Counted from the stretch's first letter, positions 1 to 8,846 are shown. The stretch is DNA of 53,978 nt from Ktedonobacterales bacterium (GCA_038199755.1 JBBPYR010000187.1:1-53978), one strand, 5' to 3'. Notes: a model not told the origin generated them from the letters alone. Translations and numbers: made by a program.

Positions 1-139
1 TGTTGGGAAGTGGGGTATCATCCCGTACAATGACGGTCCCTGTATCTAATTGGTAGGCATCAAGCTTTCCTGCTTTCCACCAACGAAAAGCAGTCTTGTA
101 ACTGATGCCCATTTTTTTAGCGTAAACACTTAATCTCAT
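1..139 (-). mobile_element. IS607-family serine-recombinase transposase (TnpA), N-terminal fragment; the gene runs off the window start
   Basis: The reverse-strand translation from the ATG at 139 reads MRLSVYAKKMGISYKTAFRWWKAGKLDAYQLDTGTVIVRDDTPLPN, the characteristic MerR-like HTH N-terminus of IS607-type TnpA. An AT-rich stretch (140-395) follows it. Confidence 0.55.
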
Positions 140-395
140 AGGGATATAATAGCGTAAAAGGGAATGAATGTCAATACTTATTGTTGCTATTTATATCCCA
201 TCAACATAACAATTTGGGAACACATCCGCTTTTTCATTAAAACACCAAGTACAGGTTCAGTATCTTCTGAGGATGATGTGACACAAGTGCCTATAAAATG
301 GGATACAACACCTTCAAGCCAGAGTTGACAATAGAATAGGTGTTCTTTACAATACAATAGACAGCAACAGGTTAACCACAAGAAAGACACAAACT

Positions 396-965
396 ATGCT
401 TTCGACATCAACACTCTTCGAGCGTATCATACAAAAATGCACAACCGATGGCTGGTTGCCAGATGAGGCACACCATCGCACTATTATGAATATGCCGCAT
501 CACTATCCCCCTGCCACAGAGCAGCAACTGCTAGCAACAGAAGCAACCCTTGGCTTTGCTCTTCCCACAAACCTGCGTAGCCTTTACACACAGGTTGCTA
601 ATGGTGGCTTTGGGCCAGGCTTTGGCATTGTGGGTGCGCTAAATGGTTTTTCATCTGCTGGCCTCGGTGGAAACATTATAGAAGCATACGCGGCACTGAA
701 CGCAAATACCACAGTAGAAGACTATACGCGCTATCAACAAGCGCACAACAACCAGACCATATATGTATTACCGCAAACCGTCTGGTCACGTCATCTCTTG
801 CCGCTTTGTGATTGGGGTTGCCTGATTACCTCGTTCCTGGACATTGATAACGGGCACATCCTGCGTGGTGCGCCCACCTCTCGCACAAGCTATACATTAC
901 GACCACAAGCCGCTTCGTTAGAGGCATGGCTAGAGTCGTGGTTGCAAGATACGCTCTTGAACTAA
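396..965 (+). CDS. SMI1/KNR4 (SUKH-1) family protein, a putative immunity protein
   Basis: 189 aa with a LPxxLRxLYxxxNGG core (LPTNLRSLYTQVANGGFGPGFGIV) typical of SMI1/KNR4/SUKH domains. No toxin gene is visible nearby. Confidence 0.6.
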   Translation: MLSTSTLFERIIQKCTTDGWLPDEAHHRTIMNMPHHYPPATEQQLLATEATLGFALPTNLRSLYTQVANGGFGPGFGIVGALNGFSSAGLGGNIIEAYAALNANTTVEDYTRYQQAHNNQTIYVLPQTVWSRHLLPLCDWGCLITSFLDIDNGHILRGAPTSRTSYTLRPQAASLEAWLESWLQDTLLN

Positions 966-1039
966 AAAGATATGCACAATCTAGAACAAGTTTTCCACAT
1001 TAATGTGGAAAACTTGTTCTAGATTGTGCATATCTTTTT
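964..1039. terminator. Perfect 37-38-bp-arm palindrome between convergent genes, a candidate bidirectional terminator
   Basis: AAAAAGATATGCACAATCTAGAACAAGTTTTCCACAT / ATGTGGAAAACTTGTTCTAGATTGTGCATATCTTTTT is symmetric about position 1001/1002. Confidence 0.6.
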
Positions 1040-1047
1040 GGAGCAGC

Positions 1048-1920
1048 CTACGGTTGCGTTGGTGGCATCTGCTGCGTCGTCGCCTCTGGAGCCGCCTCCT
1101 GCCCACGCACAGCCCCCTCTAAGAGCAGCAGATTTGGCAGCGACAGCGTCTCGCGTTCCCCATTGTCGCCAAGCGTATCCAGCACCGTATAGGCCCCACT
1201 CGTCGTGCGCACCGTCCCATTATACTCACCCAGCGTGATGCGCTGACCGGGGCGGAAGTTTTGCCGTACATAAATACCTGCAATCACATTCTTAGCCGCC
1301 TCGCGTGAACCAAGACCAAAGGTGAGCGCAATCGCCAAACCAGCCGCCGCAATAATAATCGTCAGGCTCGTTGTCAGAATAGTCGTATCGATACCGAGCG
1401 TAGAAATTGCCAGCACAACCACAAAGGCCAGAATAGCATACTCAATAATCTTGCCCAGAGCCGTGCTATACGTAATATTCACGCTATCCGCCACCGCCGC
1501 AATCGTGTTGCCCAGGAAACGCGCCAGCATAGAGCCAAACAGAATCAGCAGAGCCGCACTGATCGCTTTAGGGATGAAGAACAGCACACTCGCCAGCAAG
1601 TCCGCCACCGTCGTCAATCCCATCAAACGCACAGCAGAGGTAGCGAAACTGAGGATAAGAAAGAAAAAAATGATCTGTGCAATCATCTCGGGAAGCTGTG
1701 CCCGTATGCCGAGGCCGCGCATAGCATTCGTGATGCCTGCACGATCCGCCAGGTCCTGCAAGCGCACCCGCTGTAGCACGAAACGCACCACCCAACGGAT
1801 GAGCGCACTGATCGCATAGCCAATAATCAGGATAATGAGACCGTTGACAAAATGAGGAATAAACGTGAGGATTTGCGTCAATATTTGATTGAGCGAATCA
1901 AGAACGGGCTGAAAGCTCAT
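1048..1920 (-). CDS. Mechanosensitive ion channel (MscS) family membrane protein
   Basis: 290 aa with several TM helices followed by an MscS-type beta domain (GQRITLGEYNGTVRTTSGAYTVLDTLGDNGERETLSLPN). It lies downstream of the sigma/anti-sigma pair on the same strand. Confidence 0.6.
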   Translation of the reverse strand: MSFQPVLDSLNQILTQILTFIPHFVNGLIILIIGYAISALIRWVVRFVLQRVRLQDLADRAGITNAMRGLGIRAQLPEMIAQIIFFFLILSFATSAVRLMGLTTVADLLASVLFFIPKAISAALLILFGSMLARFLGNTIAAVADSVNITYSTALGKIIEYAILAFVVVLAISTLGIDTTILTTSLTIIIAAAGLAIALTFGLGSREAAKNVIAGIYVRQNFRPGQRITLGEYNGTVRTTSGAYTVLDTLGDNGERETLSLPNLLLLEGAVRGQEAAPEATTQQMPPTQP

Positions 1921-1946
1921 AACATAACCTCTTCCTACAAGAACAA

Positions 1947-2312
1947 CTACGCGGTTTGTGGCTTGCTCCTCGCTATCACACCTGCCTCTGGCGAAAGCAA
2001 AGCAGCAACAAGATTAATAAGTTCAGCTAACCATTGCACAAAGGTTTGTGAGGAGAGATCAAGCAAATCAAGATTACCATGCTGGCGGCGAATGCGGGTC
2101 AGCAAACGTGCCTCAAAACCGGGGGGAACACGGAACTGCTCATTCTCACTCTGCAGCTGTGCCAGAAAAAGATGTATCTGCCGCGCCAACTCAAATTGTC
2201 GCTGGCAATCTGGACAATCGTTTAGGGCCGCCATTGCCTCGACGCGCCGCTCTTCGCTGAGTGTGCCATCAATTAAATCTGGTAAAAGTTGTGTTAATTC
2301 ATCGCAATCCAT
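1947..2312 (-). CDS. Anti-sigma factor (zf-HC2 / RsrA-like zinc-binding), cytoplasmic
   Basis: 121 aa with an HxxxCxxC-type motif (LNDCPDCQRQF). It sits 15 bp downstream of the ECF sigma gene. Confidence 0.55.
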   Translation of the reverse strand: MDCDELTQLLPDLIDGTLSEERRVEAMAALNDCPDCQRQFELARQIHLFLAQLQSENEQFRVPPGFEARLLTRIRRQHGNLDLLDLSSQTFVQWLAELINLVAALLSPEAGVIARSKPQTA

Positions 2313-2327
2313 CCAATATTACCCCTT

Positions 2328-3017
2328 CTATGCTTTCCCATCCCCACCAGACGACGTGCCTTCACTACGTGTGCCACTCGTGCTCCCTGACGCGAAAGAG
2401 AGCAGATGATCGCGCCCGCAGCTATTACTAAATAGCTCCTGAAAGGCTAAGCGGGCACGATGAATCCGCATCTTCACCGCGCTCAATTTCACCTTGAGAC
2501 TCGCAGCAATTTCGTCATAGCTCAAATCGTTAAAATCACGCATGATAAGCAGACTTGACTGTTGACGATCTAATTGCTGCAAGACTCGCCCAATACATTC
2601 GCGTAGTTCCCGTTGCAAGGCATTCTCTTCCGGCCCCACATCTTTTGAGGGTTGAAAGGAGAATGCATCACTCTCCTCTTCTTGTTCCTTGTTCTTGGTA
2701 AAAGCAAACGGCGATACCGTCTTTTGCTGCCGCTTGAGCTTGTCAAGGCTATCAAGGGCACTATTCGTAGCGATACGATAGAGCCAGCTTGAAAACGATG
2801 CCTGCTGCTCGAACTTTTTCAAGCCGTTGAAGACCTTCACAAACACTTCCTGCGTAATGTCCTCGGCCTCCTCCTTATTGCAAACAACACGATAGACAAT
2901 ACTATACACACGATGCATATGGCGTTGTACCAGCAACTCATAGCTTTGCGTATTGTTGGGAAGTTCTCGTTTACAACGGAGGACCAATTCTTCATCGGTC
3001 ACAGTATAGGTTAGCAC
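2328..3017 (-). CDS. RNA polymerase ECF-type sigma-70 factor
   Basis: Sigma-70 region 2 (HRVYSIVYRVV...ITQEVFVKV) and region 4 (LSYDEIAASLKVKLSAVKMRIHRAR) are both present. Confidence 0.85.
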   Translation of the reverse strand: MLTYTVTDEELVLRCKRELPNNTQSYELLVQRHMHRVYSIVYRVVCNKEEAEDITQEVFVKVFNGLKKFEQQASFSSWLYRIATNSALDSLDKLKRQQKTVSPFAFTKNKEQEEESDAFSFQPSKDVGPEENALQRELRECIGRVLQQLDRQQSSLLIMRDFNDLSYDEIAASLKVKLSAVKMRIHRARLAFQELFSNSCGRDHLLSFASGSTSGTRSEGTSSGGDGKA

Positions 3018-3113
3018 AATGTCGATATTCCCTTACATACTTTTTTACATTCGCCGCTCATTATACGGGGAGAGTGCGTAATTGTCTATCATAGTAAAAG
3101 CCTCTCTTACCGC

Positions 3114-3551
3114 TTATTCAGGTGATGCACTCGCCAAAAATTTTGCCTCATTCACCCACGATCGCACTTGTGCCAGTGTCGGTGCATGATAGGCAACACG
3201 CTGCCCTATATGAATTTCCGCCAGTCGCTTATATAAGTGTTCGGGAACACAATCTTGTAATTCACGGCAATTTCTCACACCCGCACAGGCCAAAAGATAT
3301 GACAGATCATGCCCAATACCACGCATACGCATAAGGTCTGCACAATACACTAGGGCCTGCACCGTCTTGGCAGAAATGCCAGTGCGCTCAGCGAGTTCAG
3401 CACGCTGCTGTCTGGTTTTCCCTATCTCTAATAATTGATGAGCATATTTAATGCCCTCCGCGAGAAGCTTTTCCTTCACCACTTCATCCACTCCCCGTAG
3501 TGAGCTGATTGGGTCATACATACGTTTTGATCGATCCTGCTCTTTCGTCAT
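3114..3551 (-). CDS. DUF4332-like helix-hairpin-helix protein
   Basis: The start was moved to the internal ATG at 3551 (MTKEQ...). It carries a GxG/HhH-like repeat pattern (LRGVDEVVKEKLLAEGI..., MRMRGIGHDLSYLLACAGV). Confidence 0.45.
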   Translation of the reverse strand: MTKEQDRSKRMYDPISSLRGVDEVVKEKLLAEGIKYAHQLLEIGKTRQQRAELAERTGISAKTVQALVYCADLMRMRGIGHDLSYLLACAGVRNCRELQDCVPEHLYKRLAEIHIGQRVAYHAPTLAQVRSWVNEAKFLASASPE

Positions 3552-3836
3552 AGTCAAGTTTTTATTCCTCTTATCATTAGGCCTATAGAAAAAACCGCGT
3601 AACGGAAGATATTTAGGCCCTACCTTCTTGCCAATACTTTTCCGATGCTGGCGAGTAACGCACAGCACTGGGCATTTAGACGCCAGGGCATAAAAAAAGT
3701 CACAAGCCGCAAAACAGCAACAAAATGGTAAAGGCCGTTCACAAGAGTGCTCACAACCTCTTGGCTATGACTTCTATAAAAAATGTAGAGCCCGTTATAT
3801 ATCCTTAATCCTATTTTGCAGTAACATGCGGAAAAG

Positions 3837-3881
3837 TTATCCACAAGTTATCCACCAAGCGGAAAGAAAATTGGTGGATAA
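3837..3881. promoter_or_regulatory. Cluster of three DnaA-box-like 9-mers: TTATCCACA, TTATCCACC and an inverted TTATCCACC
   Basis: The motifs are at 3837-3845, 3848-3856 (both + strand, 11 bp apart) and 3873-3881 (- strand), upstream of mraZ. Confidence 0.4.
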
Positions 3882-3980
3882 TACCCTTTTCTTATGCATG
3901 GTGGGCATGGTAAAATCCTAGTGGGGAAAAGTGGGGCGTTTTGGTGAATCCTAACGGTGAGTGGGGGAAGTAGGTGAAGA
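3872..3980 (+). promoter_or_regulatory. Phased GTGG(G) direct-repeat array with 10-bp periodicity, a candidate MraZ operator in the dcw promoter region
   Basis: GTGG(G) motifs occur at 3874, 3901, 3921, 3931, 3944, 3961 and 3974, all on multiples of 10 bp, about 120-230 bp upstream of the mraZ ATG. Confidence 0.5.
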
Positions 3981-4104
3981 AAACCTGGAAAGGGAGAAAT
4001 TCAGGCTAGCTTCCCAAAGGGATCACCGCTGGATTTACCGGAATCAGTGGGGAAAATGACAACCAACACGCGGAAGAGACCTTCCACGTGGAAAGAAAGC
4101 AACT

Positions 4105-4512
4105 ATGTTTCTCGGCGAATACGAGCATACAATCGACACAAAAGGGCGCATGGCGGTTCCAGCACGGTTTCGTGCACAACTGGACCATGGTGCCGTCATA
4201 AGCAAAGGCATGGGGGCCTGTTTGTCGATATATACGCTCGCACGTTGGGAAGAAAAATCGAATGAACTGGTAGCAAGCAAGACAAGCGAAGAGTTGCGCG
4301 ACTTTGAACGCCGCATCTTTCCCAGTGCCGGTGAAATCGAGCTAGATCATCAGGGACGCATCGTGATACCCGTTAAGCTCCGCCAATATGCGAGCTTAGA
4401 GGGAGAAGTCACCATTGCCGGTGTACGCGACCATTTCGAGATTTGGGACCGTGCCGCCTGGCAAGCGTACCAGGAAAGACTTGACGCCGAGGGGAATAAC
4501 ATCCCCTTCTAA
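4105..4512 (+). CDS. mraZ: Transcriptional regulator MraZ
   Basis: 135 aa with the duplicated MraZ fold motifs (GEYEHTIDTKGRMAVPARFR...QGRIVIPVKLRQYA). It is the first gene of the dcw cluster. Confidence 0.95.
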   Translation: MFLGEYEHTIDTKGRMAVPARFRAQLDHGAVISKGMGACLSIYTLARWEEKSNELVASKTSEELRDFERRIFPSAGEIELDHQGRIVIPVKLRQYASLEGEVTIAGVRDHFEIWDRAAWQAYQERLDAEGNNIPF

Positions 4513-4515
4513 GTT

Positions 4516-5625
4516 ATGAACATTAAAGAACCTGAAACAATGCAGACACAACATGTGCCAGTTATGCTGGAAGAGGTGCTTGCCTACCTCCAGCCCCGCC
4601 CTGGTGGTTATTATATCGATGGCACACTAGGCGGTGGTGGACATACAGCAGCCATTCTTGAGCGTTCCGCTCCCGATGGCAAAGTACTCGGCATTGATGC
4701 CGATGAGCAAGCACTTGAGCGTGTCCATGCTCGCCTCTCACACTACGTTGAAAGCGGGCGGCTCATGCTAGCGCACGGCAATTTCGCCGATATTACGCGC
4801 ATCGCCCATGAAACACGTTTCGTGTCTGCCCATACCAGCACCAGCACAGCGGAACACGCGGTGTACGCAGAGAAAGAACGAGACGCCGTACAAGGCATTT
4901 TGCTTGACCTCGGCTTCTCATCGGACCAGATGGACAATCCGCAACGCGGCTTCTCCTTCAGTGCCGATGGACCGCTTGATATGCGACTCGATCAATCGCT
5001 TCCCTACTCAGCCGCTGACCTAGTAAACAGTGCCAGTGAGCATGAGCTAGCGGATATCATCTGGCGCTACGGTGAAGAGACACGTTCACGGCAGATCGCA
5101 CGACGCATCGTGCGCGAGCGTGAGAAGGAAGCTATCACACATACAGCTCAATTGGCAAAACTGGCAGCGGCGGGGGTGCCCTTTAAAAGGGGGGCCATTC
5201 ATCCGGCTACCAAAACCTTTCAAGCCTTGCGTATCGCGGTAAACAAAGAGTTGGAGCAGTTGGAAACAGCACTCCCACAAATACGCGATCTCTTACAAAA
5301 GCATCCCGCAAGCACTCAAGGAGCACAAGGGAGCACCGCTGAAGAGGATGAAAGAGGGAAAGAAAAGCAGGAGAATGAGTCAAGCGAAGGCGGACGAATG
5401 GCAATCATCGCCTTTCACTCGCTTGAGGACCGCATCGTAAAAGAGTTTATGCGACACGAGGCAAAAGATTGCATTTGCCCACCGCATGTACCAATTTGCA
5501 TTTGCGGCCACAAAGCCAGCTTACGCATATTGACACACAAACCTGTGACACCAACGCCACAGGAAATCGCAAATAACCCGCGTGCCCGCAGTGCCAAACT
5601 ACGAGCCGCCATCACGATACCGTAG
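4516..5625 (+). CDS. rsmH: 16S rRNA (cytosine1402-N4)-methyltransferase RsmH, with an internal charged insertion
   Basis: VPVMLEEVL...[15 protein letters not shown]...[12 protein letters not shown]. The TAG stop at 5623-5625 lies inside the first REP-like repeat copy. Confidence 0.9.
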   Translation: MNIKEPETMQTQHVPVMLEEVLAYLQPRPGGYYIDGTLGGGGHTAAILERSAPDGKVLGIDADEQALERVHARLSHYVESGRLMLAHGNFADITRIAHETRFVSAHTSTSTAEHAVYAEKERDAVQGILLDLGFSSDQMDNPQRGFSFSADGPLDMRLDQSLPYSAADLVNSASEHELADIIWRYGEETRSRQIARRIVREREKEAITHTAQLAKLAAAGVPFKRGAIHPATKTFQALRIAVNKELEQLETALPQIRDLLQKHPASTQGAQGSTAEEDERGKEKQENESSEGGRMAIIAFHSLEDRIVKEFMRHEAKDCICPPHVPICICGHKASLRILTHKPVTPTPQEIANNPRARSAKLRAAITIP

Positions 5626-5750
5626 GGGCGAGATTTATCGCGCCCCCCGTCGCAAACAAACACCCGTAGGGGCGAGATTTATCGCGCCCCACACGTCACG
5701 ACACGACGGATCGTCACAACACCGTAGGGGTGAGATTTATCGCACACCCT
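5621..5750. repeat. Tandem array of three copies of REP-like hairpin repeat family 1 (CCGTAGGGGCGAGATTTATCGCGCCCC)
   Basis: Copies are at about 5621, 5665 and 5723. Each unit is an imperfect hairpin, GGGGCG(A/C)G...CGCGCCCC. Confidence 0.85.
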
Positions 5751-5767
5751 ACCGTAAGGAAAGAACT

Positions 5768-6178
5768 ATGTACAGCCTGAAAGAACGTGCCAGTGCTCCA
5801 CAGGCAGCCGTATCGCAGCCTATCTTGGCTGCCAAACGCCGCCGACAGTTGCACCCATTTCTTTTTCACATGGGTCCTGTTGCGCTCTGCGTGACAAGTG
5901 TGCTGCTCATCGCACTGATGGCACTGCTCTATCTCAGTCAGGTTGGACAGGCCGTTTCCGCGAACCAGCAACTACAGGACCTGCACTATCAGCAAAGCAA
6001 ACTGCAACAGCAAAACCAGGACCTAGCATTAGTAATCTCGCAAGAACAATTACCGGAATACATCGCGGCCCAGGCCGCCAAGATGGGACTCGTATTAGCA
6101 GACCCATCCAAAGTACAAAACGTCGTTGTCCATAATTTGCAACCCATTCACAAATTTAGCACACCCATTCAACCGTAA
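5768..6178 (+). CDS. ftsL: FtsL/DivIC-like cell division protein
   Basis: The start is set at ATG 5768 with an upstream aagga. It has one TM helix (PVALCVTSVLLIALMALLYL) and then a coiled-coil Q/L-rich segment, in the canonical position between rsmH and ftsI. Confidence 0.55.
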   Translation: MYSLKERASAPQAAVSQPILAAKRRRQLHPFLFHMGPVALCVTSVLLIALMALLYLSQVGQAVSANQQLQDLHYQQSKLQQQNQDLALVISQEQLPEYIAAQAAKMGLVLADPSKVQNVVVHNLQPIHKFSTPIQP

Positions 6179-6180
6179 CC

Positions 6181-6303
6181 GTCACGACACCGTAGGGGCG
6201 AGATTTATCGCGCCCCCGTCGCAACACAACACCGTAGGGGCGAGATTTATCGCGCCCCACCGTCGCAACACAACACCGTAGGGGCGAGATTTATCGCGCC
6301 CCA
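6181..6303. repeat. Second tandem array of three copies of REP family 1, each followed by a 15-18-bp gtcgcaacacaacac linker
   Basis: Copies are at 6191-6217, 6233-6259 and 6277-6303. Confidence 0.85.
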
Positions 6304-6337
6304 CCCGTCGCAATACAACAGGACAAGGAGACCATCA

Positions 6338-8182
6338 ATGAACATTGAACTACAGCGCGCACGCAAACGCCAGATGTTCATTTTCTTGCTGGTCTGTTTT
6401 GGCATGATCGCCCTCCTTGGCCGCGCCTACTATTGGCAAGTCATCAATCCTGTCGTGCTCGATGGTTACACTACAAAGCAGTTGGCAAATTTTGAGCACG
6501 TCAAAAATCGTGTGCTCGACGCGCCACGCGGCCTCATCTACGACATGAATGGCCAACTGTTGGCAAGCAACGTTGTACGCGACGATGTCTACATCGAGCC
6601 CATCCAGTTCTGGAGCGACCACACCGACAGCACACAGACGATGACCGACCTGTCAGTGCTGATCAACAAACTGCATCAAATTCTGAATATAGCAGAAGAC
6701 AAACTGTATAAGGCGTTTAATTTAGGGCAAGGCAAATATCCGCTGGCAACCTACATGATCGCGCCAAGCATCAATCCGGCGACGAGCCAGCAATTACGCG
6801 CCTCGCACCTGTCGTACGTCTTTTTAGAGCCGCACCCAGTGCGCGTCTATCCCGGCGGCGATCTCGCAGCCCAAATACTGGGTTATGTAGGACCAGATCC
6901 AGACCCGAACGCCGCGACCCAGTATACTGGCTTTTATGGTATTGAGGGGCAATACAATAGCCTGCTTTCAGGCAAGCCCGGCACATTCACAGCAGAGACA
7001 GACCTGAACGGCAACCCGCTCACCGTGGGAGCAAGCTCCGGTCAACAGGCCGTCAATGGAGCAAATATCACGCTCACCATCGACAGCGTTGTCCAATACT
7101 ATGCACAGCAGATACTGGCCGAACAGGTCAAGAAAACACAGGCACAAAGCGGCACCGCCATCGTCATGAATGCGCGCACAGGTGCGATCATCGCTATGGC
7201 GAACGCGCCAACCTTTGACCCCAATAACTTTGGGAAGAGTGTTTCTGTCAAAGGCTGCGAAAACCAGCTCAGCGTGTACCTTAACTCAGCCCTGTATTGT
7301 GCCTACGAGCCAGGCTCGACCATGAAATCGGTGACGATGGCCGCCGGTCTCGATCAAGGCGTCATCACACCAAACACGACAGTTAATGACCCAGGCATCT
7401 ACTATTTTAATGATGCACAGGCGGTCACAAACTGGAACGACTTAGGCTATGGTCTCGAAACCATGACTGGCGTGCTAGAGCATTCCGCCAACGTGGGGGC
7501 TGCATTCGTGGCACACGACAAATTGGGAGCTAGCCGCTTCTACCCTTACCTGCAACAATTCGGCTTTGGCCAGCGCACCGGCCTGGCCCTACCGAATCTG
7601 GAATCCCCAGGTACCTATCGTTCGCCTCAGAACGCGCCCGCGAACTCATTGGTACCCTGGACACCTAGTGATCTGACACGGCAAGCCTTTGGCCAAAGTA
7701 TCCTGGTGACGCCTATGCAAATGGTGCAGGCATACCAAACCATCGCCAACGGTGGTGTTATGATGCGCCCCTATCTGGTGGCATCCATCAATGACAACGA
7801 CCATGTCACTACAACACAGACGCAGGTGAAGCGCCGCGTCATCAGCGCACAAGCGGCCCAACAGCTCATTAGCATGCTCAATGCAGCCGCTGACTATAAC
7901 AAACAGGCAACCTTCCCTGGCTATAGCGTCGCCGTCAAAACCGGCACCGCGACCACCCAGGGTATATCAGCAGATCAAACCGTGGCTTCGATGGCTGGCT
8001 TCTTACCAGCATCCAATCCACAATATGTCATTTTAGTAAAAATAGACCGCCCACAGGCCACCATCTTTGGTGGCACCGCAGCGGCACCTGTATGGAAATT
8101 ACTCGCGCAAGAATTAATGTGGCATTATAGTGTTCCACCCGACCTGCCTATCAATCCGACAGGGAGCAGTGGACAACCATAA
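6338..8182 (+). CDS. ftsI: Peptidoglycan D,D-transpeptidase FtsI (class B penicillin-binding protein)
   Basis: N-terminal TM helix, PBP dimerisation domain, and the transpeptidase motifs STMK (EPGSTMKSV), SAN (EHSANVG) and KTGT (AVKTGTA). Confidence 0.9.
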   Translation: MNIELQRARKRQMFIFLLVCFGMIALLGRAYYWQVINPVVLDGYTTKQLANFEHVKNRVLDAPRGLIYDMNGQLLASNVVRDDVYIEPIQFWSDHTDSTQTMTDLSVLINKLHQILNIAEDKLYKAFNLGQGKYPLATYMIAPSINPATSQQLRASHLSYVFLEPHPVRVYPGGDLAAQILGYVGPDPDPNAATQYTGFYGIEGQYNSLLSGKPGTFTAETDLNGNPLTVGASSGQQAVNGANITLTIDSVVQYYAQQILAEQVKKTQAQSGTAIVMNARTGAIIAMANAPTFDPNNFGKSVSVKGCENQLSVYLNSALYCAYEPGSTMKSVTMAAGLDQGVITPNTTVNDPGIYYFNDAQAVTNWNDLGYGLETMTGVLEHSANVGAAFVAHDKLGASRFYPYLQQFGFGQRTGLALPNLESPGTYRSPQNAPANSLVPWTPSDLTRQAFGQSILVTPMQMVQAYQTIANGGVMMRPYLVASINDNDHVTTTQTQVKRRVISAQAAQQLISMLNAAADYNKQATFPGYSVAVKTGTATTQGISADQTVASMAGFLPASNPQYVILVKIDRPQATIFGGTAAAPVWKLLAQELMWHYSVPPDLPINPTGSSGQP

Positions 8183-8199
8183 CAAGTTGTAGGGAAATA

Positions 8200-8520
8200 A
8201 TGCAATCAGAAAAAAAACAATCGTCTTCCAACAATATGGAACTCAGCAATATATGGCAAGAATTATTAGGAGAGCAATCACTTGACGCGGAAAATTCACC
8301 TACTGCAAGTGAGAGCACAAGTGTCGAGGAAGTCGAGCAAATGCAAGAGGCCACGACACCAACAGAAGCGATTCCAACCTTACCCAGCGATCCCTGGAGT
8401 GAACTAGTACTAGCCAGAGGTACCGAAATGATAGACCTGAGCCAGCTCCAATTACATATGAGCGATCAGGATGTAGAGCAAATCTTGCAACTAATGCAAG
8501 AAGACCAACCCAACCCGTAG
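8200..8520 (+). CDS. Hypothetical small acidic protein with lower-GC, atypical codon usage
   Basis: 106 aa, rich in E/D/Q/S, with no TM helix. The TAG stop is supplied by a degenerate REP copy (ccgTAGggacgag). It occupies the slot where murE-murD normally sit. Confidence 0.3.
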   Translation: MQSEKKQSSSNNMELSNIWQELLGEQSLDAENSPTASESTSVEEVEQMQEATTPTEAIPTLPSDPWSELVLARGTEMIDLSQLQLHMSDQDVEQILQLMQEDQPNP

Positions 8521-8846
8521 GGACGAGATACCTCCTTGCCGACTGCCTGAGCGAAGCTAGGACGATAGTCCGTTGACAGAATGAGTAAGGAGTTCGTTGG
8601 CAGTTGGAATAGAGAGTTTATCGCGCGCCCCGTCTCGACACGACGAGGCCATCACAACACCGTAGGGGCCAGATTTATCGCACCCCTTGTCAACCAGTAG
8701 GGATGTCCCTCGTGGGCATCCAATGCCAACCAATAATCTGCCTCTTGTGGGCACTCAATACCCACAAAGGTATACACATAATTTATATCTGTTCTCTGTA
8801 GTGAGTATACTAGAATAAATGTTCTATGTCAAGGGCTAAATAATTT

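Noticed and set aside
1322-2409. Plus-strand ORFs of 165 aa and 185 aa overlapping the MscS and anti-sigma genes.
   Set aside because: They are antisense to well-supported minus-strand genes. Their amino-acid composition is biased and they match no known domain.
3837-3881. A chromosomal replication origin (oriC), given the DnaA boxes.
   Set aside because: There are only three boxes, no AT-rich DNA-unwinding element and no dnaA or dnaN nearby. Promoter-level DnaA or MraZ regulation is more plausible.
5582-5767. N-terminal extension of the ftsL-like ORF, starting at 5582 in the six-frame track.
   Set aside because: The extension is just a translation of the repeat array (RGEIYRAP... recurs). 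The ATG at 5768 with an upstream aagga gives a sensible FtsL-sized protein.
5621-6303. A possible CRISPR array, given regularly spaced roughly 27-bp repeats.
   Set aside because: The sequences between repeats are short (15-18 bp) and nearly identical to one another (gtcgcaacacaacac), so they are not spacers. The same repeat is scattered singly across the window, and no cas genes are present. It is a REP-like tandem repeat.
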